From: Lama guanicoe
Taxonomy: Eukaryota
Assembly: GCA_013239625.1 (NCBI GenBank)
Contig: MU053557.1
Span: 2,758,123-2,822,122 of the forward strand
DNA: 64,000 nt
Direction: 5' to 3'
The notes under the pieces are model-generated. The model saw nothing but the letters and a program-made list of their open reading frames with translations, made no database searches and was not told where the DNA came from. Position numbers and translations under genes: made by a program. Positions 22,533-35,986 of the stretch are shown here, in pieces. The first letter of the stretch is position 1. Each line of letters begins with the position of its first letter.

Positions 22533-23675
22533 ATGAGGTTGTGGAGAAAAGGGAACCCTCGTGTACTGTTGGTGGGAATGTAAATTGGTGCAGCCACTAT
22601 GGAAAATAGTGTGGAGAGTCCTCAAGAAAATTAAAAATAAAACTACCATATGATCCAGCAATTCCACTCCTAGGTATTTATCCAAAGAAAACAAAAACAG
22701 GAATTAGAAAAGATCTGTGCACCTCTATGGTCATGGCAGCATTATTTACAATGGCCAAGATATGCAAACAATCCAAGTGCCGACAGATGAATGGATAAAG
22801 ATAAAGATGTATATATACACACAATGGAATATTACTCAACCGTTAAAAAGAATGAAATCTTGCCATTTGTGACAACATCAATAGAACCAGAGGGTATTAT
22901 GTTTAGTGATACTTTAGACAGTGAATGGCAAATCCTCTATGATTTCACTTATATGCGGAATGTAAAAAAATGAACAAACATAACAAAATAGAAACAGAGT
23001 CATAGATACATTTAAAAAAGGTAGTTATAAGGAGAGAGGAGAGCGAGGGGTAAAAAATAAATAAGTGAGGGAGATTAAAGAGGTATAAATTTCTAGTTGC
23101 ACAATAAAACAGTCATGGGTATAAAATGTACAGTGTGGGAAATACAGTCAATAACTAAGAAATGTCTTTGGTTGGTGACAGATTGTAACTAGACTTAGAG
23201 TGGTGATCATTTTGAAATGCATAGGAAAAAAATCACTATGTTGTATAATAGGAACTAATATACTTTTGTAGGTCAATTATATTTCAAAAACAAATAAGCA
23301 AACATGCAAACTTATAGAAAAAAAATTAGATTTGTGGTTACCATAGGTGAGGGGTTGGGGCAATTGGATGAAGGTAGTCAAGAGGTATAAACTCCCAGTT
23401 ATAAGATAAATACTAGAGATATAATGTACAAAATGTTAAATATAATTAACCCTGCTGTACATTTTATACAAAAGTCATTAAGAGAGTAATTCTTAAGAGT
23501 TCTCATCATATAAAAATTTTTTTTCTATTTCTTTAATATGGTATCTGTTTGTGATGATGGATGTTCATTAAGCTTACTGGGATATTCATTCCATGATGTA
23601 TGTAAGTCAAATCACTATGCTGTATGCCTTAAACTGTATGTCTGTATGTCAATCATATCTCAATAAAAATAAAAG
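22533..23675 (+). mobile_element. Older L1 3' fragment with long 3' UTR
   Basis: GTGGAGAAAAGGGAACCCTC...ACTACCATATGATCCAGCAATTCCACTCC...; ends TATCTCAATAAAA. Confidence 0.9.
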
Positions 23676-25322
23676 GGAAAAAAGAGACCCAGGGGCCAGC
23701 CCTGGATAAAACTGAAGTAAGCAAGCTCCTTGCTCCTCTTCATCTCCCTCATCTCCATTTTTCTACCCTGATGTGGGCCAGGGTCAAGTTGCAGGAAGGC
23801 CCCTGACCCAGGGCTGCAGAGGTCTGGGAAAGAAGCCCTGATGCTCACTGAGAATCAGCATTAATCACGCTCTCCCAACACCAACACATTCTGCCTCTTT
23901 CTCCTGCTTTGGAAGAAAATTTTTAAGTATAGGCACCTTTGGAAGCCACAGGACATATCACACAGTAAACTCAGCTCATCCCGTGGGAAAACATTTTGAT
24001 AACTGCAGAGTGCTATGCAAGCAAGGATAACACCCTGGCCGTTACCATACTAGAGAGAGCAATTATAGAAGCTGAATATAGGAGCTAGATGGATCTTGAA
24101 CTTGTAAGCAAGTTTGAGTATATTTTAAAACTCAATAAATATTTATGGAATAAATATCAAGTGAAAATAATTATATTAAACACCCCTCAAATAGAGACCT
24201 CGCTCATTTCCATTTGGCATCCGCAGCACTACAAGGGTGAGAACAACGTATGACAACCAGAGTTTATGAATTTACATTCAAAAAGTAGCATCGGCCCTGA
24301 GCAGTGACTTTAGCTTGTTGGGGTGACAGATCCTTTTGAGAACTGAAAGAAGATTTTGGACCCTCTCCCCAGAAGCAAACATAGTTTAGAGCACTTCCTG
24401 CTTCCAAATGCTGACTCATTATGTCTGTTTCATGGACAGAAAAAGAAAGGGAAAGACCTAGGACCCAAAAAACGTCTGAAATTGAACGCAGGTTGAGAAT
24501 TACAGTGCCACCAGCTCCCATGTGTATTTCTATCTGAAGAGTCGTAAGAGCTATCACATGCATAGCACTTAATAGTAATGGTTTAAGGCCAGATGTGAGA
24601 CTTCTTTGTAAGACGGGTCAGTAAAGTGTAGGAGGAAAACAGGCAAAGGTGGGACTTCTGGGAACCAGACAGCTTGAGTTCAGACCTTGGCTCTGATATT
24701 TCCCAGCAGTATGATGTTGGACAATTTACTTTATCCCACTACACTTCAATTTCATTTGCAAAATACTGATTATAGTATCTAACCCACAGGGTTGTTGTAA
24801 ACATCAAATGAGTTAATAAATAGGAAACATTTCATGATCATCCATGGCACACAACACACACCTGAATGGTGGCAGCTGACGTCATGAAGCACTGCATACT
24901 GTCATTATCACATGCTCTGATGTCATCCACGTGGACGCCACTTTTCTGGTTCTCATTCTTGAATCGTTTTGGCAGACGTGCTTCTTCTACCCCATACCTT
25001 TTTTTTTTTCCAGCTAACCCAAAGACATGGTTCCCTTACAAGTGAGGATGAACCTGTTCTTGTCAGTGGGCTCATCACGGAGGCACATATTCACTTAGCA
25101 TCAATTGTGTACTGCGTGCCTGCTGTGGGCTTAGCCCTAGCCCTTTTCAGTGCTGGTAAGGAACTCACACCTCAATGGCAGAAATAAATACTAAAACATA
25201 TGTGCAAATAAGAGACCAATCAAGCGTAGATTAACAATATAAGAATTTAGAGGCATTTAGCCAAGTGAGAATTGCCTCAAAATGTAAAATGGACAAGAGA
25301 AACACTTGACTGAGATCTGAAG

Positions 25323-25470
25323 CAGGACTAGCTACATAATTTGCAGGGCTCAATCCAAAATAAAAATGTGGGGCCCTTTGTTCAAAAATAATACTTTCAA
25401 GACTGACAGTAATCATCTCAAGACTGACAGCAGAGCGTCAATCCAAGCACAGGTATATAAGGGACATGTA
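25323..25470 (-). mobile_element. MER45-like hAT-Tip100 fragment
   Basis: CAGGACTAGCTACATAATTTGCAGGGCTCA...AAAATGTGGGGCCCTTTGTTCAAAAA; reverse complement of 56625-56690. Confidence 0.65.
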
Positions 25471-25894
25471 CTAGACAAGTCACTGGACCGTGGCTCTGGT
25501 CCCGCCTGGAAGACTGGGAAGACTCCTGGAGAGATGCCAGCCTTTAGCAGAGGGGCACTTCCTAGACCATTGGCCATGTCATGCATACACCTACCCCTGT
25601 GTCCTTTCTCCTACTTTTTCCTCCTAGCTAAAAAAGATTTTGCTTACTTTTTCAACAGAGGCAAATCCTAAGTCTCCTCCAAACTCCAGCGTAAGTCTTA
25701 GCTCAGAGGTAACATGATCGAATGAAAAGAGCCCTAAACTTGGAGTTAGAGGAGATAAGGTCAAGCCTGCCTTTCACCAGCCCTGGAGCTACAGGAAGGT
25801 CTCTTAACTTCTCTGACACTTGGTTGAGGAAACTGATTTTAAACGTCTCTGACAGGATGACAGAAAGATCAAAAGACATCACAGATACACATAC

Positions 25895-26085
25895 ACACAC
25901 TAGTATACATAAAATAGATAAAAAACAAGGACCAACTGTATAGCACAGGGAACTGCATTCAACATCTATAACGGAAAAGAATCTGAAACAGAATATATAT
26001 GTATATATATGTATGGCTGAATCACTATGCTGTACACCCGAAACTAACACAACATTGTAAATCAAATATACTCCAATTTAAAAAA
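25895..26085 (+). mobile_element. Short L1 3' tail
   Basis: AACAAGGACCAACTGTATAGCACAGGGAACT...AACACAACATTGTAAATCAA. Confidence 0.85.
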
Positions 26086-26759
26086 CACGAAAGAGCCTTG
26101 AAATCATAAGCTCTTGTATTGATAAAGAGCTACATATTTCTTGGATACAGCCTTTCTTGAGAATCTACAAGCTGCAAGCATCTCTTGTACAAAATGTCTA
26201 ACACATTATTAAAACAGGCACACACACACATGATACTACCACATGTATATGTCCCTTCCATCACTGTCCCCTATTTGGCATGTATGAATTTGCAGTCTTA
26301 TCCTCTCCTTTAACTTCTTAAGGCCACCAGGCTTTTTAGTCCTTACCCCTCCCAATACGCGCTCCTCTCTAAGTGAGCAAGATCTTTACAACCAATAGGT
26401 CTGCTCCATTCATTCTTGCTTTAAATCCCCGCAGGGTTCCCCATTGCCTAGAGAAGAGTTTCCTAAACCCAATGGCACAGAACCATTAATGTCTTTTGAG
26501 ATGTTAATCAGTGTTCTGGGAAAAGAGGTATGCAATTTGAGAAAAAAAAAAAAAAGATAGATCCCTCTGTGGGAGACTGGCAGTGCCCATTTAAAAGCCC
26601 TGAGAAGTCCTGCACTAAATTTAATTTTGTTTAAATCAAAGTTTTCTGAATTCATTTGACCATATTAACATTCTACAGGAAACTAATATTCTGCAGAAAA
26701 AACTTTGGCAAGTGCCGGCCTGGAGGGCGACAGGCTCTTTAGCTGGCTTTATAGAGCTT

Positions 26760-28900
26760 CCAAAATCCTTAGCTTTCTTTCTAGCTCATTATCCGCCATC
26801 TTCTTCACAAGCCCTATGCTCCAGGAACAGTGGGCCATTTCCAGTTCCTTGAAGAACTTTGAGCTCTGTGCCCGTTGTGCTCTCTGCCAAGAATCTTTCC
26901 TATCACCCATTTCTCCATTTCTGCCCTGGTGATTTGTTACTCATCATTCAAGGCCCAGCTCAATAGCCCCGCAATGTCTTCTCTGACATTCTCAGTAACC
27001 ACTTCGTCTCCTACTGCCAATGGCTAATGGCTTCTAAGCAACTTTGTACACAGTAATAATTGCTGCTCTTTACTGAACATCTCTTTGCCAGGGATTTAGT
27101 TCTTCGTATAGTGCAGGCAACCCTACCAGACGATTAAAATAATGCCTACTTTACAGGTAAGGAAACACACAGATTAAGAAACTCACTCCTTTTACTGTGT
27201 TTTCTATCTTTTGAATGGTACCCACTGTCCATGTAGTTGCCCAAACCAGAAAACCTAAAGACATTTTGAACATCTTTCCCTCTACTCTATGTCCAGTCAG
27301 ATGCCAAGTCCTATAAATTCCAGCTCCCTAGCAGCCGTAAAATCTGTCCCCATCTACCCATTCACACTGCCACCAGTTTAACTTGGGTCATTATCATCTC
27401 TCAGCAACGTCCCTGCAGTAGCTTCTTAGCAAATCCTCCATGCTCCACGTTGACACGGATATGATCATCCTAAAGTCCTCGAGTGGGTCCCCACGACTCT
27501 TTGGGGGAACACATCCAAGACCCTTAGCACAGCCTAAAGGACCCTTTAAGGACTGCCTGCTTCTTCACCTTCATTTCATCCAATCAGGACCTCACAGTCC
27601 ACACTGGAAACCTCAGTGAGCTTCTCAAGTTTTCCCACCTTGTCAAGTGTTTCTTTGCCTCTGGACCTTTGTACACACTTTTCCTTCTTGAAATTCTCTT
27701 CCTTCTCATCCTCATCTTTTAAAAAAAATTTCTTATTTTTTATTGACGTGTAGTCAATTTACAATGTTAGTTTCAGGTATACAGCAAAGCCATTCAGTTA
27801 TACATACACATACACATGTACATATATACTCAATTTATTTTCCAGTATGGCTTATTACAAGAAATTGAATATCACTCACCCCCTGTGCTATACAGTAGGC
27901 CCTTGTTGTTTATCTATTTTATACATACTAATGTGTATGTGTTAATCCCAAAACTCCTTATCTATCCCTCCCCTCCCCTTTCTCCCCTGGTAATGACACT
28001 TTGTTTTCTATGTCCCTGAGTCTATTTCTGGTTTGTAAATAAAACTTGTATTTTTTTTGATTCCACATATAAGTGACATCATATGGGTATTGGTCTTTCT
28101 CTGTCTGACTTACATCACTTAATATGATAATCTCTAGGTCTACCCATGTTGCTGCAAATGGCATTCTTTCTTTTTTTTACGGCTGAGTAATATCTTGATA
28201 ATCCATAGCCAAGGTGAATGCTCTGCCCCTGTGACCCCACAGCACCTGGGTGTGCTTTTCTCTTTTCCTGGGAAATCTCTGGGACCAGGGACTGTGGTCT
28301 CACTCCCTGCTATAACTATACCTAACAGTGCTTGCCACAGAATAATGATACAGAACAATCATTTGTTAAATGCCTGAATGAATCAAAGAAGGAATAAATG
28401 GATGAATGAAAGCAAAACTAAAAAGGCAGCTTGGAGTATTATAATAGAAGGAATTTAGAGCTTTACCGCCCGAATCCACTTGCCTTTGTCCTCTGTGTCA
28501 AAATGCATTGTCCTTTCAACTCCCTGAAAGCACCATGCTCACTCCAACTGCAGAGCCTTTGCATCTGCCTGGAATGCTTTCTCCCCTTCCACCTGGACTT
28601 AATACCTCTGTATCCTTCACATTTCAAATTACTCATCCTTCCACCAGGAGGGATTCTTGCCAGTGCAAAGTCAGCCCCTCTACTATGTTACCCTTCTGGT
28701 ACTAGGCATCTTTCTGGCATCACTCTCACTAGATGTAGCTCTATGTCTATGACTGCTCATACAGTAACTGTTTCCTCCTATAGACAATAATCTCCAAAGG
28801 ACAGAATCACGCTTGCTGTTTATTCACCATTGGAGTCCCAGTGCCTCAGTACCATGCCTGACGTGCAAAATAATTTGTTAAATGGATGCATGAATTAAAA
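26760..28900 (+). mobile_element. Cluster of L2 fragments with MIR and L1 inserts
   Basis: L2 3' motifs at 26930-27000, 27210-27700, 28320-28410 and 28780-28895. Confidence 0.6.
27730..28193 (-). mobile_element. L1 3' end on the minus strand, inserted in L2
   Basis: Reverse complement encodes MPFAATWVDLEIIILSDVSQTEKD (ORF2 C-terminus) followed by 3' UTR. Confidence 0.9.
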
Positions 28901-31244
28901 ACTCAGTCTTATCAGCAGTTTGTTGGTTCAGTTCAGCACTGTGTATACAGTACGGCTCAATAAGTAATAGTTGTTTGTTAAACAAAAGTTAGAACTAATT
29001 TTCTTTCCCATGTTTGTAAATAGTAGTCAACTAGAATGCTTCAAGTAAATAAATTCATTCCTACAAATTCAGCAACATTAGCGTATTTCCACACCACCTA
29101 GTAATATGTTTACAGCTTCCCTTGAAATGAATGTGAATGTTGTCAAAAGAACCCACCTTCCTGGCTCTTGGACTTGATCTTAGTAGGCAAATAAAAAGTT
29201 ACAAACTCTATCTCCAACAGGAAAGGACACTGGCTCTAACTCATAGATTCTATAATGTGCACATAACTGGGAGACATCAAAACCTGTCATGTCATAGATT
29301 AGCCAGTGATTCTTCAATACATAGTTAAAATGGCAAAGCAAACAGTCCGGAGGAGTCATTGCTGTTTGTCAGTTCACTGGGGCTAAACAATATTGACTAG
29401 ACAGTGGCTTGACTCGGTTTTATAATGCTCTGAAGGCTGAGTTGGATAGAACAGGCTGAGGCAAAAGCAAAGGGCCTGAGAGAGACATTGAGGAGAGTTC
29501 AGCCTGGGGCTTGTGGAGTTATACACCTTTTTTGAAGAAGGTGGTAAGCAATGAAATTATAACAGCTGTTTACCTCAAAATCAAATCTGGTACCATTTGA
29601 CGGGTGTTTATAAAAGCCAGGCATTGTCTTCATTTCTTTATGTACACATGATTCCTCTCTCTTTCTCACGACCACCCCATGCAGGAGGTGCTACTAGTAG
29701 CACTTACCAATGAGGCAACTGAGGCTCAGAGATATTATTTTAGAGCAAGAAGAATGGGGCGTATCTGGGGTCCAAACCCAGTTTTACTCGACTTTTAACA
29801 ACTCTATCATAGTTCCACTGGCATTTTCCCTTGGAAATTTCTGTTTGAGTAAGTTCATACTAAATATTTGTCAGAAAAACCACAAAGAGCTGTAATCTTC
29901 ATAATTCTTTGAAAAGAACACCTAAAGAGTCATTGGAATAATTTTCTGTCAAAAATGTTTGTTGAGTTTGAAGTATCTTGTAAGAACTTTTGAAACTATA
30001 CAGAAATCTTTGGACTTTTTGTTTTTTTAAATTTTTTAAGTCCATTTCTGTGTTTTTTGGTGATTCATTTCTCTATTACTCAGAACATTATACACCTACA
30101 CATTAAATAAAACTGAATATTCCAAGATTTAAAGGCATAAGAAGGAGTCGTCAATACCTGAAGGCAGGGAAACAGTATAACTGGGGAAAAGCAGAGGCTC
30201 TACTTGTCAAAGAAGATAGTTTTTCTACTTTAAAACTAAGTTTCAAGATATAGAAGGAGACCAACTAAGAGAGGGTGGCTTAGCTTCTTAAGAAGGTAAT
30301 GGTCTTCCTTGATTTAGGACAGACAGGAAAGGAAAAATTAAGGGGAATAGTGAACTGAACTGAACATACATCTAGCATCTCTTTTCCCCCAAATCTCTGT
30401 AAAATGAGAATAAAAAGCAAAGCAGATATAACCCCCAAATGATGAAGAGACTATAAAGAGGGTCATTAAGTGGACTATGGACTTCATGTGTTTCTGGGAG
30501 AAGAAAAGCAGAGGGAAAGATGGTGACAGATGGTGGGGGGTGGCACAGCCAAGCAGGGCACCCATCTACCTCGCAGAAACCTGGAGTGGCTTAGTACTTC
30601 GAAACACCCAAGTGATGGGAGATGAAGGTGAAAAAACGGCGGTGCTAAAATAAGATCCTTAGAGACAAAAAGAGACTCACCTGCTGTTCAGACCCACTGC
30701 TTAACTCCTCTCCCTACCCGACTCTAGACGGATGTAATAGAAGGTTCTTCCCTTTGGAAAATGAATTTAGTTCATCTGCAGTGGATAAGAGGGCAAGTAC
30801 TGGGTCTTCAAAGTGAAGTGCTCTGCATTCTGGCTTTCAGGGATTCCAAACTACAAGCCCATCTTCCTGCCTGCTCACTACTATGGAACCAGCCAGTGGG
30901 TCAGTCCTATTCATGTTCATTCAGATATTCCATTGATTCATTCTCACATATGACTGGGAGATGTTAAGATCATCTAGACAATTCAGTAAAACATACAAAG
31001 TTGAAAAAAAAATCAAGATAAACACTAGAAAGAAATACTGGGGGAAACATACTTTTAGGAATAGAATAAATCCTAATCAGCATATGCAGAAATATTTTAC
31101 AAAAAGGAGAATATATCTATAAATCAAGAACAAGATGCTATAAAAAAGGAAAAAACAGAGAGTAAAGAAAAACTCATAGAATTTAAAAAATTTGGGTAAT
31201 TTATTTTTAAATAATTAAAAGGTTAAAAGAAAGAGTCAAGGAAA

Positions 31245-33060
31245 TGAACCAGTGTAATAGAATAGAGAACCTAGAAATAAACCCATGCATACCTGGTCAA
31301 CTAGTTTTTGAAAAAGATGCCAAGAATACACACTGAGGAAAAGACGGTCTCATCAATAAACGGTACTCGGAAAACGGGATATCCACATGCAAAAGAATGA
31401 AGCTGGATCCTCATCTTACATCATATACAAAAATCAATTCAATATATTAAGACCTGAGTTAGTAAAACTCCTGGAAGAAAGCACAGGGGAAATCTCCTTA
31501 ATACTGACCTTGACAATGATTTTTTTTAAGTAGGGCACAAAAACACAGGTAACAAAAGCAAAATAAACAAGTGAGACTATGTTAAACTAAGAGTTTCTTC
31601 ACAGCCAAGGAAGCAGTCAAAATGAAAAGGCAACCTATGGAACGGAGGATGATATTGCAAATGGTATAACCTGACAAGGAGTTAATATCCAAAATATATA
31701 AGAAACTCATGCAACACAGTAGTAAAATAATAACCTGGTTTAAAAATAAGCAAAGGACCTGAATAAACACTTTTCCAAGAAGACATACAAATGGCCATGA
31801 AAATGTGCTATACGTCACTAATTGTCAGGGAAATGCAAATCAAAACCACACTGAGATACCTCCTCATACATGATACAATGGCCATTAGCAAAAAGTCAAG
31901 AGATAACAAGTGTTGGTGAGGATGTGGAGAAAAGGGAACATATATTTTTCAGGGAAATGTAAATTGGTACAGCCATTATGGAAAACAGTATAGAAGATTC
32001 TCAAAAAGTTAAAAATAGAACTACCACATGATCCAGCAATTTTACGTCTGATTTCCAAAGGAAATAAAATTTATGACCTCCAAGACACATCTGCACTCTC
32101 ACATTCATTGCAGCATTATTCACAGTAGCCAAGATATAGAAACAACCTAGTGCCTACTGATGAATGAATGGATAGAGAAAGTGATATGCAGCAGACCCTC
32201 CATTTCTGTGGGTTTCACAGCAGCGGATTTAACCAAGGATCAAAAATACTCAGAAAAAAATTGTGCAGAAAGATCTAAAAAGCAAAACTTGAATTTATCA
32301 TGTGCTAGCAACTATTTATATAGCATTTACATTGTATTAGGTATTTTGAGTAATCTGGAGATGGTTTAAAGTATACAGGAACATGTGTATAGGTTATATG
32401 CAAACACTATGCCATTTTATATAAGGGACTTTAACATCCATAGATTTTTTGGTATCTGTTGTGGGGCAGTGGAGGGTGGTCATGGAACCAATTTCCTCTG
32501 GATACTGAGGGACAGCTGTATATATTGGTCCCTAAAAACAATATATATAATGGAATATTATTCAGCCTTAAAAAAGGAACTCCTGCCATTTGCACCAACA
32601 CAGATGAAACTGGAAGACATTATTTTATGTGCAATAATCCAGACACAAAAAGATAAATAATGCATGATCTCACTTATATGTAGAATCTGAAAAAAGAGTT
32701 GAACTCATAAGTAACAGAAAGTAGAAGTGTGGTCACAAGAGCTGGGGGATGGGAGAAAAGAAGAGATACTGGTCACAGGGGAAAAACTTTCAGTTAAAAG
32801 ACAAATTCACCATGGAGACCTAACGGACAGCATGGTGGCTACAATTAATAATAATGTATTACATACTTGAAATTTGCTGAGAGTAGATCTTAAATGTTCT
32901 TAACACACACACACAAAGTAACTATGTGAGGTGACAGATATGCTAATTAGTTTGTGGTAATCATTTCACAACATACAAGTACATAAAAACATCACACTGT
33001 ATAACTTAAACATACACATTTTTTATCTGTCAATCATACCTCAGTAAAGCTAAAGAAAAA
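31245..33060 (+). mobile_element. Older L1 ORF2 3' part plus 3' UTR, interrupted by a Tigger MITE
   Basis: Degenerate homology to 17915-19030; ends CCTCAGTAAAGCT plus an A run. Confidence 0.9.
32189..32518. mobile_element. MER2/Tigger2-like TcMar MITE
   Basis: Imperfect inverted ends CAGCAGACCCTC / GAGGGACAGCTG followed by TA; internal ATAGCATTTACATTGTATTAGGTATT typical of the family. Confidence 0.8.
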
Positions 33061-33737
33061 AAAGTAGAGCAAAAAGATAAAGACAGAAAATATTAGAGAT
33101 AATAGAATTAGGAAATATTCTATGAAGCCCAACATCTAACTAATAGAAGTACCAGAAAGGGAGAATTAAGAACTCAAAAAGAAAGACATTATTCAAGAAA
33201 TATTGTGGAAGAGAATTTCCCCCAATTGAAGAACATAAGTCTTCAAGATCAAAAGGATCAATTGGGTATCTGTATTAATTATTTCAGAAAGAGCAACAAC
33301 TACATAATTACTGTGGGTTTTTGGACCACTAAGGATAAAGAAAGGTTCCTAAAAGTTTCCTGGAATTAAAAACAGACCATTTATATGGCAGTAACTTTTA
33401 GATTGTCATTGGATCTCTTCAGCAACATTGGTCACTAAAAAAAAAAAAATAGTGAAGCAACAACTTTCAAATTTCAAGAGAGAGTGGTTTTCAAACAAAA
33501 ATTCTGTACTCTCAGTTAAGTGACTGAATGGCTGAGGAACCCAAAATTTACTGTGGTATGCCATTCTTTCGCTAGCTGCTTTACTGGAAACATCAACATT
33601 CCTTCAAGAGAAGAATTATTTTCACAATTCACAGATGAGATCTGAGCATAGGTCAACCCAACGAGTAAGTGGCAGAGTTAGAAAAGGTACTTAAGTCAAT
33701 CTGACATTCTTCTTCCAGAACACATCATGGGACCTCT

Positions 33738-33831
33738 TGGAGGGGTGTATATAGCTCAGTGGTAGAGTTCATGTTTAGCATGCATGAGGGCCTGGGTTCA
33801 ATCCCCAGCACCTCCATTGAAAAAAAAAAAA
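33738..33831 (+). mobile_element. tRNA-Ala-derived SINE, Vic-1-like (camelid)
   Basis: A box TAGCTCAGTGG, TTAGCAT anticodon-like loop, B box GGTTCAATCC, poly-A; 21-bp TSD with 3 mismatches (33717-33737 and 33832-33852). Confidence 0.88.
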
Positions 33832-35511
33832 AGAGCATATCATGAGACCTCTGAAGACACAAAGCCTGACTAGCTTACAGGGTGAAGGAGCTGAGGTGTG
33901 GGACTGGAGACAGTCAACCATTATTGGAATTCAGGGTACGGGGTAGGCTGTTGCCATTTGCAAAGGAGCATTATGTTCTTCTTACCTTGGCAACTTTCAA
34001 ACCTTAGTGTTGCAGTTGACGATCTGGGTAAATAGAATTGAAGAGATTTCATAAATTGAGGCACACCCAATTTTGAATTCAAACTTGCTCAAGAAGCTCC
34101 CATTCAGGATCACCAGCTTATGGGTCTTAACTCTAAATATCAGTATAAATAAATTCAAACCAAAGCAAAGACTCTTCTACACTTTAATGCTCTTTCTACT
34201 TCAACCTATCTCCAGGACCCCATTTATTTACTCACAAAACAGATACACATTTTATCTGAAGACCTTCTCTAGGCCTTAGGTCAACAATGATGAATGGAAT
34301 ACAAAAGTCTGTGTCTTCATGAAACATTCAGTCTCTGAAGACAACAGCTGGATTTGGTGAGAGAAAAGAATGCAAAAGGGGAAGGAGACTTAGGTAGAAT
34401 CGTCAGGGAAGGGCTCTCAAGGAGGTGAATATTTCAGTTAATTCAAAGGTTCCAGCTATGTGAAGGGTTGGGGTGATGGCTGGTGCATTACAAGAAAGAG
34501 AAAGTAGTTCAAATACCCCAAGGCGGTGAAAGAGCCTGGAGGGTTCAAGGAACTGAAATACTGGCCAAATTAATGCAAAGGGAGGAGAGCCCAAGAAGAC
34601 ACTGGAAAGGCAAGTAGAGCCACTACATATCAGGCCTCTAAGGCTGTTGTAAGAAATCAGAATAAAACCCAATGTGTGATGAAAAACCTCTGAAGACCTG
34701 AAAGCACCAGAGGGACATGAATTGATACAGGGCCCTGAGTTTCATCCATTTTAAGGAACTCATCACGTGCATGTTTCTCAGGTCTCTCCAAATTGATAAG
34801 CTCAGAAACCACCTTCCTCGCCCCAAAAGGCTCTATATCTTTCCATTCGTCTCTCCTCCCTCCTGTCCTTTCAAATATTTATTGAGAATCAACTCTTGGT
34901 CAAAATACTTCCTATATTATTCAAATTGCAAAAATATTACCATCTTAATGTTTTCAGTTTTCTCACCCCCACATCCAACCAGCAATGACCTCCTATGAAC
35001 ATTACTGCAAAATATCTCTCCAGTTTGGCCCAGTTCAGGCTTTTATTACTGCTCATTTACTACTAGTAATAATAGCAACAGCACAGCAACAACGACAACA
35101 ACTATTACTACAAGTACTCACAGGTGGTGCTTACCATGGAGCAAGCTTTGCTCTATGCATTTAATATAAATTAATACATTGATTTTTTCACAAAAGTCAT
35201 AAGCAGTCTGGCTCCAGATGTACTGCGGTACACTGCCTCCTTGTAGTGTTCCTACTGGTTGCCTTTTCTCTATCCTCTTTCCAATCCACCCTACCCACTA
35301 GGTTGACAGACTAATTTCCCCCACACAAAGCTCTGACCAAGCTAAAAGCCATGCGTGGTTTCTCAGCACTTTCAGGACAACATCCACATTCCTTAGCAAC
35401 GTCCACATGACCTGGTTTGACTCTACACTCCCCAATTCTCGGCCCACGTCTTCACTATACATAATAAATGTTCGCTACCCTGGAATCAATAGATTTGTCT
35501 AAGTATCCCAA

Positions 35512-35986
35512 TGTAGCAATTTTCAAGTTGTTTTCAGGGATCCCTAGGGATCCCTGAAGCCCCTTTAGGGGATCCACAGATCAAAACTACTTTCCTAATA
35601 CTAACATGTTGTTTGCCTTTTTACTCTCATTCTGTCACAAGTGTACAGTGGAGTTTTCCAGGGGCTACAGGATGTGTGGTATCACAACAGACTGAATGCA
35701 GAAGCATCTGTGAGAATCAGCTGTTTTCTCTTGAGCCAGACATTAAAGAGATTTACAAGAAATATAAAGCAAAGCTACTCTTCTTACTAATTGAAAAAAA
35801 TTATAGCCATTTTTCATAAAAGTATATTATTGATGTTAATATGTAATGGAGTATTTCTAAAATCTCTATTTTAACTTCTAGTAGAGTACATATAAACAGA
35901 TATTACTCTCATAAATTAAAGCTCTTTGGGTTCCCCAGCAATATTTAAGGTTGTAAAGCCGTCCTCAAATAGTTTGGGAACCACTG
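35512..35986 (+). mobile_element. hAT-Charlie MITE (Charlie4a-like)
   Basis: GTGTACAGTGGAGTTTTCCAG...GAATGCAGAAGCA...GCCAGACATTAAAGAGATT; ends TTTGGGAACCACTG. Confidence 0.65.

Larger units (their letters stand above)
30950..33520 (+). mobile_element. Ancient L1/HAL1 ORF1-like remnant split by the 31245-33060 L1
   Basis: A-rich degenerate ORF1-like sequence on both sides, e.g. CCCAACATCTAACTAATAGAAGTACCAGAAAG. Confidence 0.5.

Noticed and set aside
33738..33818. tRNA-Ala(AGC) gene (also 37807, 38726, 50430)
   Set aside because: A-rich tails, TSDs on two copies, stem mismatches and no oligo-T terminator indicate SINE copies.
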